This document shows, in pieces, positions 1 to 12,500 of a stretch of 64,000 nucleotides of DNA; position 1 is the stretch's first letter; every line of letters starts with the position of its first letter. The position numbers and the translations under genes are program-made. The notes below the pieces were generated by a model that did not search any database, was not told the origin of the DNA, and saw only the letters and a list, made by a program, of their open reading frames with translations. This DNA comes from Tubulanus polymorphus (lineage: Eukaryota; Animalia; Nemertea), in assembly GCF_964204645.1 (NCBI RefSeq), contig NC_134027.1:4682485-4746484 (forward strand). The letters are read 5' to 3'.

Positions 1-31
1 GATGATCTCTTCTTAGTAAATTCAAACTAAC

Positions 32-2928
32 CTCTAGGTAGCGTAACGACTTTCCATAAATTAGAGCAAAGTTTTCTTTCTTTGAGTATTTGTGACTTTT
101 CAAACGAGAAGGCACTACGAATCCCATAAATGAGTTATCTGGCGTATGAGCTGCATATAGAAGATTTGCATACAAATATCAAAAGCACAACCTGTCAACA
201 AGCACCCATTAATTTTCCTGATATTATTCGATTGATTTTTTTCATCGTCCGATTTGACTGCTGTAGGAACGGGTAGAGGAAAAACGCTTAATTTCTCTTT
301 CAATAAACTGCTTTGCTCACGATTGTGCTGGGTCGATATGCATTTAATTTGAGAATGTAATCAGCAGATGAAAATTATCGATGACTGAATTACGGAATGG
401 CCCGTTCGCTGAAAGTGTATAGATTTGCATGCTACTGATGGAAAGTGTAGTAGATTTTCACGCATTTTGATAAAAATCACTCGCATTGCCTTATACACGC
501 AGGTGTCTATAAAAACTGAATCCTATGTAAACCAGCAATACAAAAATACATGTTAATATATGTTAAATTTGTTAGCTCCCTGGTATATACAGAATACATA
601 TATTTTTTTATATCTATGTTAAGTTTGCCCTAATCATCTGTGCACAATGCAGTGATCCGGGAATAATAAATTAATAATAAATTTATTTCCACAATAAAAT
701 TACAACAGGTCATAAAGAGATATACAAATATGAAATGTTTTAATATAATGTGGAGGAGATTAGATGAAGCCAATGAAGGCTTATAAAATCTCTAATCCCC
801 TAGCATACACCGATTCACTCAACTCATACACACATGCAGTCATACACCTTCACCCAACATGCACCCACACACGTAGTCACTCAGGCGGTCAATCACACTA
901 TCTTTCATTCACTCTTACAATCTGGTAATAGATGGCAGATACAGACAGATTAATTACAAATTCATTAGATACAATTTAAGTTTTCTTTTGAAAGTATCTA
1001 TACACGACAGAATCTCTTAAACCCCATTCTTTATAGCAGTTCATTTCTTTTAAAATTGTTACGAAAATCAAAACATTATATATATTTGTATACTAACGGA
1101 AATACGTGAAGAATTGCTTCAAGTGGAGTCCTAGACCTCCGTACGTTGAGCGGTATTTCATCGCTGCCGGATGTCGAGGGTTTGGATAGTTAAACATAGC
1201 TTCCGTTCCATATGCATCTAGCAATCTTAGACGACACCTTTAAAAAACAAAATCACCGCTGACCACGTTCCTAGAACTCATATAGCGCTAGTACCGATAA
1301 ACTTTGTCAATCATTGGTGGTTGATTGGGTCGACGATTGATCTCCTTTTATCGGCATTGAGTACGAGAGATGGATTAGAGAATACCCGTGTGATACAAGC
1401 CACGCAGAGACGCATCAAAGAGAATCCATAATTGACTCACTTGTATTTTTTGAAGACACTTTTACTGAGTTGCTTTGCTCCAATGATATCTGTATATATC
1501 AAATCAAACCCACCATACTGACATCCAGGTTGGGTTAGTGTTAACCTTGAAAATAAAAATGATAAGGTCGCCCGTAATCCAGTCAGGTAGGTGGTGTGAA
1601 TAAGAGATAAATACTGCTAAAACAAAAATGAATTAGGCAGCGCTTCTTTTTCTCTAATATTTTTTCCAATAATTTCGCTTACGTATGTTTTTGTATATAT
1701 ATAATAGCGATTTCTTTTTACCTTGCCGATGTTTTCTTAAAATCATGCCGTAGGACGACATTATGACCTAGAGCGTGTAGGGCTGCTATGACGTCAGCCC
1801 ACTGGACAAGGTCACCGAGGGGTCCACCTGTACGTATTACCCCCGGTTGAGCCATATTCGTTAACGTGACCACTCCGGGTATAACTAATATCTGTGAAAA
1901 AATGATACCCATTGATCATTTGCAGTGACAACTTAATAAAAAGATGAATCCAGTGCGTATTATATGATAGTACACAGATGCAAGGCATTATGTATGGATA
2001 CGTGATCAGCTGGATTTTGTTTATGAGCAAACTGCGATTTTGTTGATATCTGAAAAAAACTGTTTCAGCCACTTTCATCGCAACAAAACTTCGATTAATT
2101 TTCAGTAAAATCGTTTTTAGTTAAAAGTTTCACTTTATTTGAAACAATGCTCTCTTTGATTGAGACCTTGGATGGTTTCACCATACCCGTTTTGCCGGTG
2201 GCGCTAATTTGCTGTGATTATTTCGCATTTCAGTCGCCGTCTCAAGCCACTCCGACCACATACTCGTGATCCGTTGTTTAATCCAGTCCCAGTGCCAATC
2301 ATCTCCCATTTGAGAACTTAATTCAGATAATGTCGGTATATTTCCACTCGGAGGTGCCTGTAGAAAATTCAATATTATCTTGTTTTTCGTTTGTTGTAAA
2401 GTTTCGTGTTTCATATAGATGTACGTAGATATGCATATCCGAAGCACACCAGAAATTATCGAAAAAATTAATGAATGATAAAATAACTGAAAAAATCACC
2501 ACTCTTCCAAGGCACGATCGGTTTTCGTGTCAACTATGAATTATTTATCTTATACAGCAGTCATTGAAGATGCAAATAGTATAATCAAACGCATACATAT
2601 GTACGTAGGTGGACAGAAACATTTTCGGCTGTTATTTTCTTTACGGTGATTAAACTGTGATCTGGAATCTCACCGTTTTATCTGGGCATTTATTCCACGG
2701 TTCACGCTTTGAAGTCTGAACAGGGGTAGAAGTCTCAGCAGTTGTTCGTAGTGGCGGTTGAGGAGTAGCATTTAGTCCGTTTGTTGCGCGAGGGCTCCAT
2801 ATTTTCGCAGTGAAGGACAGCGTCAGTATGTAAATGCTGAAACACGCTAACATCACCTTCATTACGCGGACAACGTTTTTAAATCTCACCATTTGTCGTA
2901 ACCTATTATACGGAAACGTATTTGGCAT
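32..2928 (-). CDS. MGAT5: MGAT5/GnT-V-like alpha-1,6-mannosylglycoprotein 6-beta-N-acetylglucosaminyltransferase (GT18), 5' part; continues beyond window start
   Basis: Exons with GT-AG borders at about 2674-2928, 2187-2357, 1722-1891, 1441-1545, 1098-1237 and 32-150. They encode an N-terminal TM segment (MLACFSIYILTLSF) and GnT-V motifs WIKQRITSMWSEW, GGPLGDLVQWADVIAALHALGH, FDLIYTDIIG, CRLRLLDAYGTEAMFN and PHTPDNSFMGFVV. It may be a paralog rather than the strict ortholog. Confidence 0.88.
676..1016 (-). mobile_element. 3' end fragment of a CR1/L2-type LINE inside an MGAT5-like intron
   Basis: The minus strand reads EILSCIDTFKRKLKLYLMNL* (955-1016), resembling the FKRKLK.YL C-terminus of CR1/L2 ORF2. 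It is followed by a hairpin-prone 3' UTR (GGGGATTAGAGATTTTATAAGCC..GGCTTCATCTAATCTCCTCC) and AATAAA. Confidence 0.55.
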
Positions 2929-3596
2929 TCGTGTGATTCCCTCTACAGGAAATATCACGATGAAATTATCTTGACAAAACATTTTGGTTTGAAAAATATC
3001 TCTGAAAGCTAGAGTCTAGATAAAAAATTTATACACGTCTCATCGGGGCATTTTTTGTTAATTCAAGCGAGATGTATGATGCAATGTATGATGGCTAGAC
3101 GACTAGAGGTCCCTTTTCACATCCGTAAAAATGGTTCTGCTGATGTCCCCCAATATTTGAAGACATTATTAACACGTAATTAGCTAAACTTGTAGATCGG
3201 TTTTAAAGGCGAACGAACTCTAGAAAACACGCGTATCGTTTGCACAACGGTCAGAGAGAATGTTGTTATCACCTTCAACTTCTACCTGTTAATCTAGTTA
3301 ACTAGTGGATAACGAACGAGCTTCCTCTGAAATCTGAATCCCACGGCCAAAATAGTGTGCTAAGAATTGTTCACATATTCCGGTTTCGTTATAAAGGATT
3401 CCTGCAATTGTATATTCCTTATTTTCCCGCCTATGTATCACGAAAAATCAGCAGATTAACAGCTGGTTCTATAGTAAGCTCATTTTCTTTGTCTAATAAA
3501 CTCTCAAGCTGTCACCAGTGGTTATACTATGCTTATATATGTGTATATCTTTAACAAGTTAACTCAGAAAGCAAACAAACTCGGTTTTAAGAATAC

Positions 3597-3680
3597 ATGA
3601 ATAATGATGATAATAATATGACGATAATAATATAACGATAATGATAAGAATAATGATAATGATGATATGATATGATTAAT
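3597..3680. repeat. Degenerate (ATA/ATG)n trinucleotide microsatellite
   Basis: ataatgatgataataatatgacgataataatataacgataatgataag... is visible directly. Confidence 0.8.
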
Positions 3681-6600
3681 AACTGTTACTTAAGAATGTA
3701 TAGTCGAGACATATTTCGAATCTGCTGTAGAATCATATTTACAAGTTTACGTAACAATGCGTTATTTTTGTGAATTTGGTCTGATAAACTCCCCGTCACC
3801 TCGCGGCACGGTAAAACCGCAATGAAATGAAAATCTTTCAACTTTACCTGCCACATTTTGAAATACATAGTAAAATATCCATATCGATTCCCCCGCGGAT
3901 GAATCGTTGTTTTTTGTCTGTTAAACAAAATAATTATCCTAATTCAAATGATTAGGTTGACGAGACGCGCGATCTACCATCTACACAGCATTCTTGGTAA
4001 CCAGTGTGCTCTGATGTCACTGCTGTAGGCGCGCGGCGTCAACGTCAGAAAGTTCGATGAAACGATTCCCGGCGTCTGGATTAATTCTGTATTTCTGTCC
4101 ATTCGTCATCATTTTCAATCAAACTGCGCATACTACAAGTTCGTGATCTGAAAGTATCATTTGTTATCAATCGCAATCGAAGTCGATGAATTCACGTTTG
4201 ACTTTTCTTTTTATCTTTTTATCTTTTTATGTATGCTTGTGCCATCAATACTAGAGGAGTACGTGGGAAATGGAGCGGCTATTACAGCAAATACGTATGC
4301 ACTTCATCTCACCAAAAATAGATATTTTTGATCTCACCCATAGGCTGACGGAATAACTTTCGCACATCCTTCTAAAAACGCTCAGAGTGCATGAAAATTA
4401 GAGAACATTTTCAGCAGAGCATCCCCTTTGTTAATCCATGGCTCGGTTTCTGTCAAATGCCGCCGATCTGCTTGTGTGTCTTGTCATTGACTCTCGGTAC
4501 GCTCATATTTCCTTTAAAATGGTGTATTGATTAAGTTAATCAAACTAGGGACTGCAGAACTATATGACATTCAATCAAAACCTATGTTTCAAAAATGAAC
4601 GCAAATTATCGCAACAATGGGGACCTCGAGGGACCGCCACAAAATGGCGACTAGAAACTGGAAACTTCTTTATCTAATTTCGGCTCGTATACGGTGGCCT
4701 TCAGCTAGTGATATCTCAGTTCACTTGGCTTGCAGGACATACTCAATGCATGACGTCCATCTCAGTCTCCTTTTCTTGATGAAAGGTTCTTCATCGGCTA
4801 TTGGATCATTTTATGTTCCGTGATTGTACCGGTGGCATGCGTCAAGTTTCTCTCTTTTTATCTCCGAAAAGATCAATATCACTTTGTTCTGAGTAGCTAA
4901 CTCCGTATAGATAAAAATCTTGAAAAAGATCGATTAAATAATGTCCCCGGGACGCCTTCTATCTCTAAGTTCCAAGATGAATTTTGAATTCATTTAGCTT
5001 GGGCATAAATCCTTTTTTCTATGTTCCCAGGGCTATAAACACAGCTGTGTTAGCTGTTTGCAACACTTGAGGGTGCGACCTAGGACAACAACATTCAAAT
5101 AAATTGCATCTGGTGTGATGATATAGCCAGCCGTAAAATAATGAAGTGATATCTTTTAATTCAAACAAACATTAACCTGTAGCTATTGATCTATCCTGCC
5201 ATTAGACAACGAAAATAAAAATGAAATGAAATCATTTAGCGTGTTTATATAAAAAAATACGTCTACAAGTAATCAGCAAATACAATTATGAGTTTATTTT
5301 TGTACGGATGTGTCTTCTAGCATGCCCGCTATCGTGTCACATACAGCGGCGATATCGTATACGATGTAGCCAGTTGCTATTGGGTTTTTCTAATAACATG
5401 TAATCATTATTTTTCTAACCTATCAATTCTCTGTTTTCTAATTCTAACGATGTTGATGTATCTTCATTCCTAAATAGCCATAGCGGGCATTTCGGCTCAT
5501 CAATTAGTCTGAAATGCTGCAATTCCAAGCCAATTCTGCTATTGATTGCAAGCGGCAGTTGATCCTGCGTGATATAAACAACATCTATAATTTACAACGT
5601 TCAACATTAGAAAATCTTGATTTCATGCTTGAATTCATATATAACGGGCGTATTTCCATCGGAAATCACACTTGTATCAAGCGATATGTATTTCACTTCT
5701 CTTCAATTCTTAAAATTGGGTCGAAAATCCCAATATCAACATGCGCTGTACCTAATACAAAACGTACGTAGCCTTAATATAATCTGCCCGATCAGAAGGT
5801 TCATACAATCAAGCCTTACATTGATGATTGATAAGCTGTCTGAAAGTATGGTTTCTAAATGAATACGAGATTAGAAGACGACGTGTTACAGAAACCCCAC
5901 ATAGTGCTAAGATGTCGTGAAGTACTTACACATCGTTACCATTCACATGTCTATCTATCATTCACACCAACCAACCAACAATATTAAAATCCAACGATAA
6001 TCTCATAAAAATCCCGTTCATTTTATCATCGTTCCAATTTGGACATGAAAACTGTCAAGCGATTTTGGAAAGTAATGCCGTAACATCAAGCGAATCAAAG
6101 AGTAGTTCGCATCATATCTATCCCAGCATCAATCGTCTTAATGCATGCATGGGTCGGCTCCGGCAGCCGAAATATCATTTACACTAAAAGCAGTAGTTGA
6201 CAGGCTAGCCGTGATTAATTGCCATGACATTCTATCACCGATGGCAACTGGATTTCTGAGATTGAGTTGCAAAGATGGAGACACCACAATCTAAAAACAC
6301 ACGCTAGCAATCGGAATAATTGGCAGATTTCCCTAGTGAAAGTCGATCGGTTGTTTGAAGAGCATCTACCGCGCTCGAGGCACAATCATCGGCGGCATAC
6401 ATGTATATCGAGTGATGTATATGTTATTTTTCATACTATTCTAAACATAAGGCGTTTTCAGAAAACCTAATTAAAACGGTTTTAGAAGTTCACTCGAACG
6501 ATTTTATCGGTTTAACCTGATTTCATTTGGATTCGAAAAATAAAAACATCGTCGTTGCGTTAACTTTCGATATATTTTATGACATATTGATAATGTATGA

Positions 6601-7214
6601 ATTGAAGGATCTCTACTAACAATACTTGCTCCTCAATAAACCCCGAAAACGTATTGAATGGAGTTCGTAGTTAAAAACACCCGTGGTTTACCACAGGGTT
6701 TTCGCTAGTGTCAATTTAAAAAAAAAACATGCAATTCGTAATGCTGAATATAACACAACTACATTATATGCCATTCCAAGTGTACTTAATTGGCTTTGAA
6801 ACCTGTAGACTTTCATTTATCCGAGTGCTCTTGAATGCCAACCGGAAAAATACAGGATTTTGCCGGTAGACCTGCTTCCAATATCAGGATAACGTGAGGT
6901 CTATGCTACACACTTTTTAATCTGACACACGGAGCTACCGGAAATTAGCGGTCTTACAGAAAACCCGGCTTCTACGGAAACTAATCGGAAGTGATATGGC
7001 TAGAAATGTACCGCCCGTAAAAGAATTGATAATTTTTGCAGTCCCTCTGAATTTTGGTAGTCGTTGTTTTATTTGATTCACTGTAGACTGTTTCTGTTAG
7101 AGGAAAGATTTTCGCATCAACATTAAGAAAGGCGCCACTTTATATCCATGTATATAAACGCAAAAGCTCCAAGAGAAATTGATAGGGCTTTGAGTACAGA
7201 TGGATATTGTATCT

Positions 7215-7215
7215 T

Positions 7216-7246
<31 letters not shown>
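7215..7246. repeat. (TA)n microsatellite
   Basis: Run of tatatata is visible directly. Confidence 0.9.
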
Positions 7247-8167
7247 TCTGCCGTGTACTTAGTCACAGTGGGCGACGATTCCTCGATTATTAATCTCCGC
7301 TCTCGGCCGAGGATGCGTCTCACGATAATTCAGTGGAAGGATACAATCTGCTCGTTTGAGTGACAGGGTCGACGTTCTCTTCGTTTGCCAATAAATTGCC
7401 TGTCATATTGCACCGTGATAAACCGCTGATGCATCTAGTCAAGCAGCAGCCGCATCATCGATGACAGGTATAAGTGACAACGACGCATTTGAGTAGGAAA
7501 AGCAGACTCCATCAACAAATCCAAAGACGAGTGGGGCTGAAGGATTGAGGAGTGATTCCGCTTCGACACGACCCTGAAGAAACCCGTTTAGGTGTAGATT
7601 CATGAGACGGATCCTGGCCCGCCGGCTCAACGTATTCATCAGTCTGTTCTTCAATCCGCGTTTTTATCACACTTTTTGTATGTTTCATTCTGTTTGTACG
7701 GCGAACCTTTGGTGCAAGACCAACCCGGGCACATTCACGCCGCTGGGAAACTATGTAATCTACTAAACAACCAGTATACAGAGTCGGTATGACCATAGAC
7801 TATAAAATTAAAAATTCCGTTGTATGACAAATGGGATCAGTACTTCTGTGAGTCAGTTTCTGTTTGCAGAATGATATACTCCGGTCCCAGACCCGGCCCG
7901 CCACCGCCAGCGGGAAAAATTCTACTTGTTTCTTTTGCTACTTAGCAGTTCGCCGATGACAATCATGCAATGCTCACCACGATTTAACCACAACTATTAT
8001 TTACATTTCCCAGTGACTTTTGACACTTCTGATCCTGGCGGCTCTGAACCCGTTGACAAGCGAATGCCACTTTACCTTATCACTGCCTATTGTCAACACC
8101 TGTTTGGTTGTTTTTGAAATAGTTAATAAGAATCAGCTGAATTTGTTTGTTCTCGAATGACAGTTTA

Positions 8168-9540
8168 ATGATGTTTATCCAAGTGATAGTGATTGGAACA
8201 CTTTCTGTGCTGTTGTCAACATCATTGCGATTTCTATTCAAATGGGATCCAAAACCAATCTTAGGGGTGTATGCTAAAAGACGAGGTAGAACTTCCGTTC
8301 AGTTTTCATACAAAATCAGTTCAATGAAGAGTAAATTTCTTTTTTAATATTTGTTTGTTTATTTGTTCGAAAGGAAAGTGGTATTACGTCAAATATTGCG
8401 CTACAAGGCTTTCCCTATGGTGGCAAAAATTGAATGTGCCTAAGTTGAAATTTGCCAAAGATTCAATTGGAAAGGAAAATGTTGCGCTACTTATCGATAA
8501 AAATCTATTAAATATGGACAATCCACAACTGATCAGTCGTACAAAAAAGGTAAGATTACCTTATCATTTATTCATGTTATTGCTTGTGCATTTGTTGGAA
8601 AATGAATAAACTTCAATGTTAGAATATCATTAGTGTTTGACGTATTCTGTTTCTCCATGATACATTGTTGCATCCAAATATGGCATGTACACAACAGTAT
8701 CAGAGGCGGATCCAGACCGTATTAGCCGTATTGCCCAATACGGTCTAGAATTTTTAAGTGCCCTTCGAAATTTCACCGGCAATATTTTTGACGGCATTAT
8801 TTCAGCAACCGCTAATTCCGTGTCCGTAATCTGGGCATAATTATAAAATTAATCGGTATATACTGCTGCCGAGAAAGTGAGGAGAGATAATCATATTTGT
8901 AAAGCCTTTAATCATGTTAAATTAAAAAGGGCACTTTCCTTTTGCAAGGGGCACTCGTGCTTTAGATAAGGGCACCTTGTCCTTGCCTTTTCAGGGAGGG
9001 CTAAAGGGGCACTCGTACTTTAGAAGAGGGCACTATACGCGGAAAATGTTGAAGAAAAGGGCACTTTTTTGCCTAATTTTTAAAATTTTAGGGGCACTTT
9101 TGGTTTGGAAGATGGCACACGACATAAGGATAAATGTGAAGACGAGGCAATTTTTGCCGATTGTTAACAATGAAGGGGCACTTAGCCGTATTCTGTGTAA
9201 TTGTTAAGGGGCACTTTTAAAGATTATAGGGGCACTAGGCGAAGTTGGCGACAACCATTCTTTCATGGGTTCGCCAGCTTCATTTTTTATCTGCATCTGT
9301 TGAAATCTTGTCTCGAATTCGTTTATTCTGGATTGCTCTGCTAGCCTCTAGAAGCCCTCTAAAAGCCTTTAAATGGTACCATATTTTCAAAATTTTCCCA
9401 GACCCCCATCTAAGGACTTCGCGCCTTCGGCGCTCGCATTGACCTGGATACTGGGTGTGCCCTAAGATCTGAAAGGTGCCCTTAAATTTTCTTCCAATAC
9501 TGTCTACCAATCCCCCTGGATCCTCCCCTGAGTATAGGCC

Positions 9541-9575
<35 letters not shown>

Positions 9576-12500
9576 TCAACTACAAACCTCTCAAACCACA
9601 ATCGCCATCAGCTTTTGTCCTCATCATTTCCTTAATTTTAACTAATAATTGATACCCTTTGCATACTACTCTAGGTGTGTATGTATCATTATTACTCTGC
9701 CTGGCCATTTGGGAGTGAGAAATTGGAAGCAGCAAGGAGTCGTTTGAAACCTGTCTTCCAGGACTGAGTAAAGTCTCCTCGGGGTCCAGTTTTACCATTT
9801 AAAAAAATCTTAAGAAATTATTTTTTTCAGGATCAAGTCGACAGTATGTTTTTTTCTGCTCAGAATCAAGAGGGTTGTTGTATGGTAATGCATATATCGC
9901 GCAAACTCGACAGACAATGTGAAATATGGTTGACTATCGAATTACCCGGAATCGGTTATTACCAACATCCTTCCCATCCAGCGACGACTGTTTATAATAC
10001 CGCTGCTGGTTTTGCATTCAAAACTGATGGACTTCATTTTGAACAGCTCGTACCTATGCATCGCTGGCGAATCAGTTATAACGGTTTAATGAGGTTGGCT
10101 ATAAAACAATATCTGTGTTAAGGCCCGGGTGTTATAACCTTGAAAATCTTAAATTTTGAATATCGCATTTGACAGGAAGTGTAGGAAGACTGGTGCAGAT
10201 AATGAATCGCTCGATGAATTTGTTCATGTACGGTTCGTGTTTATGTGAGTGTAATATTGTTAAGTATGTTGTTCATTTTCTTGGATGGTTCCGTATGTTC
10301 AAAATACTTCTGTATGTTCAAAATACTGTATTTCAGTTGGGAAGCATATACCGATGTTGCTATAACGGAGAAAGATTCGGACGAATCTGCTTTGGCTGAT
10401 GCAATTGCTAGACAACCATGGGATTCTAAGTTTTACGAAGTGGCCATTAAACAGTAAGTTCACTTACTCCTAATAATTTTTATTCAAATCCTGTTATTTG
10501 ACCTTTTTTGTGCTAGATCAGTATCGAGGTGATTTATTACCCGAGTTTCAACAATTCAGTGATTGTCAATTTCGAGATTAAAGTTCAATGTTGTATCTTA
10601 TCTTAGAGTGTATTGTACAATAAAATATGATCAAGAATTGACTCAGAAATGTCTCCCAGCTATTAACAAGTGAAATTAGAAAATTAAAAAATCAACGTTT
10701 TATCAAACATTTTCATTATACATTTTTTTAAGAAAAAATAGAAAGGAGTACCATCAGTTTGGGGAAATGCAAGGTCAAATATTCATCCAGGGCCATGAGT
10801 GTCAAACACTGAATATAAGAGGAATGAGAAGACATATATTTGGTAGATTTTCTGTACACATACATCTCAAGAAGATCCTAATTTACGCCTTCTTTCCAAT
10901 AATAAGTGAAAACAACTATATTTTCTTGTTGCATAGGAGAGCATGATCCAAAAACATTCCATCGCAGTATTCTACATATGATTGTGCTTGAAGTAAGTAT
11001 ATAGTTTATATGTAGGCCTAGTGAATTATTTGAGTTCCTTATCTGTAGTACACTTTAATGGTATGCCTTAGCGTTTCAATAACAATGTTCGGAAATTCAT
11101 TTATTTTAGAATGGAACCTCATTCTGTGTCGGTGTAGTGAGCTATCCAGATTATCTTTCACAGTACGTTCAAAGCATTTATACTAAAACAACTTATTCAG
11201 TATGTAAGGCCATTTTTTCGATTGCTTGGATTAGATTTTTTTGAAGAAAAAAATGGAAGGGAGAAGATAAAGAATTTCAGGAAATGTTCTATCATAGGCA
11301 TTTTAGAATGGAAGGGAACAGGCAAAACATAAAAATGAAAAATTATTTAAATTCAAGAAAATTAATAATAGAAATATCAGAAAATAACAAAAAAACATCT
11401 TTTTTGATATGAGTTTTTTTGGGGGAAATGTGGGCAGGGGATCCGTACTCCTAGTGATTGAAAAAATCCCTGAAAAACAGTGGTGATAATTTTTCAGTTG
11501 GACAGTTGGCTGTTTCTTTGAACCATGTGGCAAACAGCATTCAATTTCTTCAGCGAGTTTGAGTTTACCTATTCTAGGCGAATATTTCAATCCTCCAAAA
11601 TGTTACTCATTTGAATTCAATGCAGGTAATTATATCCATTGAATTCATTACCGTAATCTGTTATTTTTGATTATTGTAATCTCAGTATTTCTAACTGAAA
11701 ATTTCATCGCAGGCGGAAAGCATTTCGAAGTCAAAATAGATCTTACGCAAACATCAAAACTATACTGCGGTGAAAATCTAGTTTTACAAATGTCTGGCTG
11801 TGTCGAGGTGAATGGTTCACCAGGGAGATGTTTAGCAGAATATATTTACAGGTATGTATGAAATATATTGCTTACCATGATGGTATAACCCTTTATTGTA
11901 TCGATGCATTTATTCGAATTTTTTACAATGCCATATTTTCAATTAGCTCAATAATCCATAATCTTGTTTATTTAATGTCAAAGATGCACTGATTCACAAC
12001 TACCCGTTGTAAATGCCCCAGAACAGTATCCACTGCTATCAGAACCAGAAATCAGTGCTAATGATCGTGAGATGATATGTATACCTTTCACAAAATCTGC
12101 CTGTTGCTCCTCTTCATTAGTCGGAGGCAAAGGAGCACAGCTAGGATCTTTGACTACTTTGAGTATTTCTAACGTAGGTTACTGCAATAAATGATTTTAT
12201 TGTTCACAATCCACATAATTCTGATTTCAATGGGCCTTCATTTTTTTTGCATCAGGTAAAGGTACCGAATGGATTCTGCCTATCGATAAAAGCCTATGAG
12301 ATTCAACTGAAGGTAAGGGATCCATTACATAACTTACTGAAGGTACTTAACTTCTTTGTCATTGATTGAAGCCGATTCATCCTTCTTGTAGGAAAACCCG
12401 GTTTTGAAAGAAGAAGTGGAAAAATTGGAAAACATTGTGCTGTAAGAATTGTTTTTATTACCTAAACAACTCCATCCAATCTAAGGATTGATTTATGTAT

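Noticed and set aside
4617-4823. Short ORF at an AAAATGGCG (YY1-like) motif
   Set aside because: No protein similarity or splice support, and a single short motif is insufficient to call a gene or promoter.
7439-7920. GC-richer stretch with short ORFs upstream of the dikinase gene
   Set aside because: No recognisable motif or consistent exon chain. It may be promoter or decayed repeat DNA.
8920-9240. Regularly recurring GGGGCACT motifs resembling a CRISPR array
   Set aside because: The repeats are only 7-9 bp with irregular spacing, lie within MITE TIRs, and there are no cas genes in this eukaryotic DNA.
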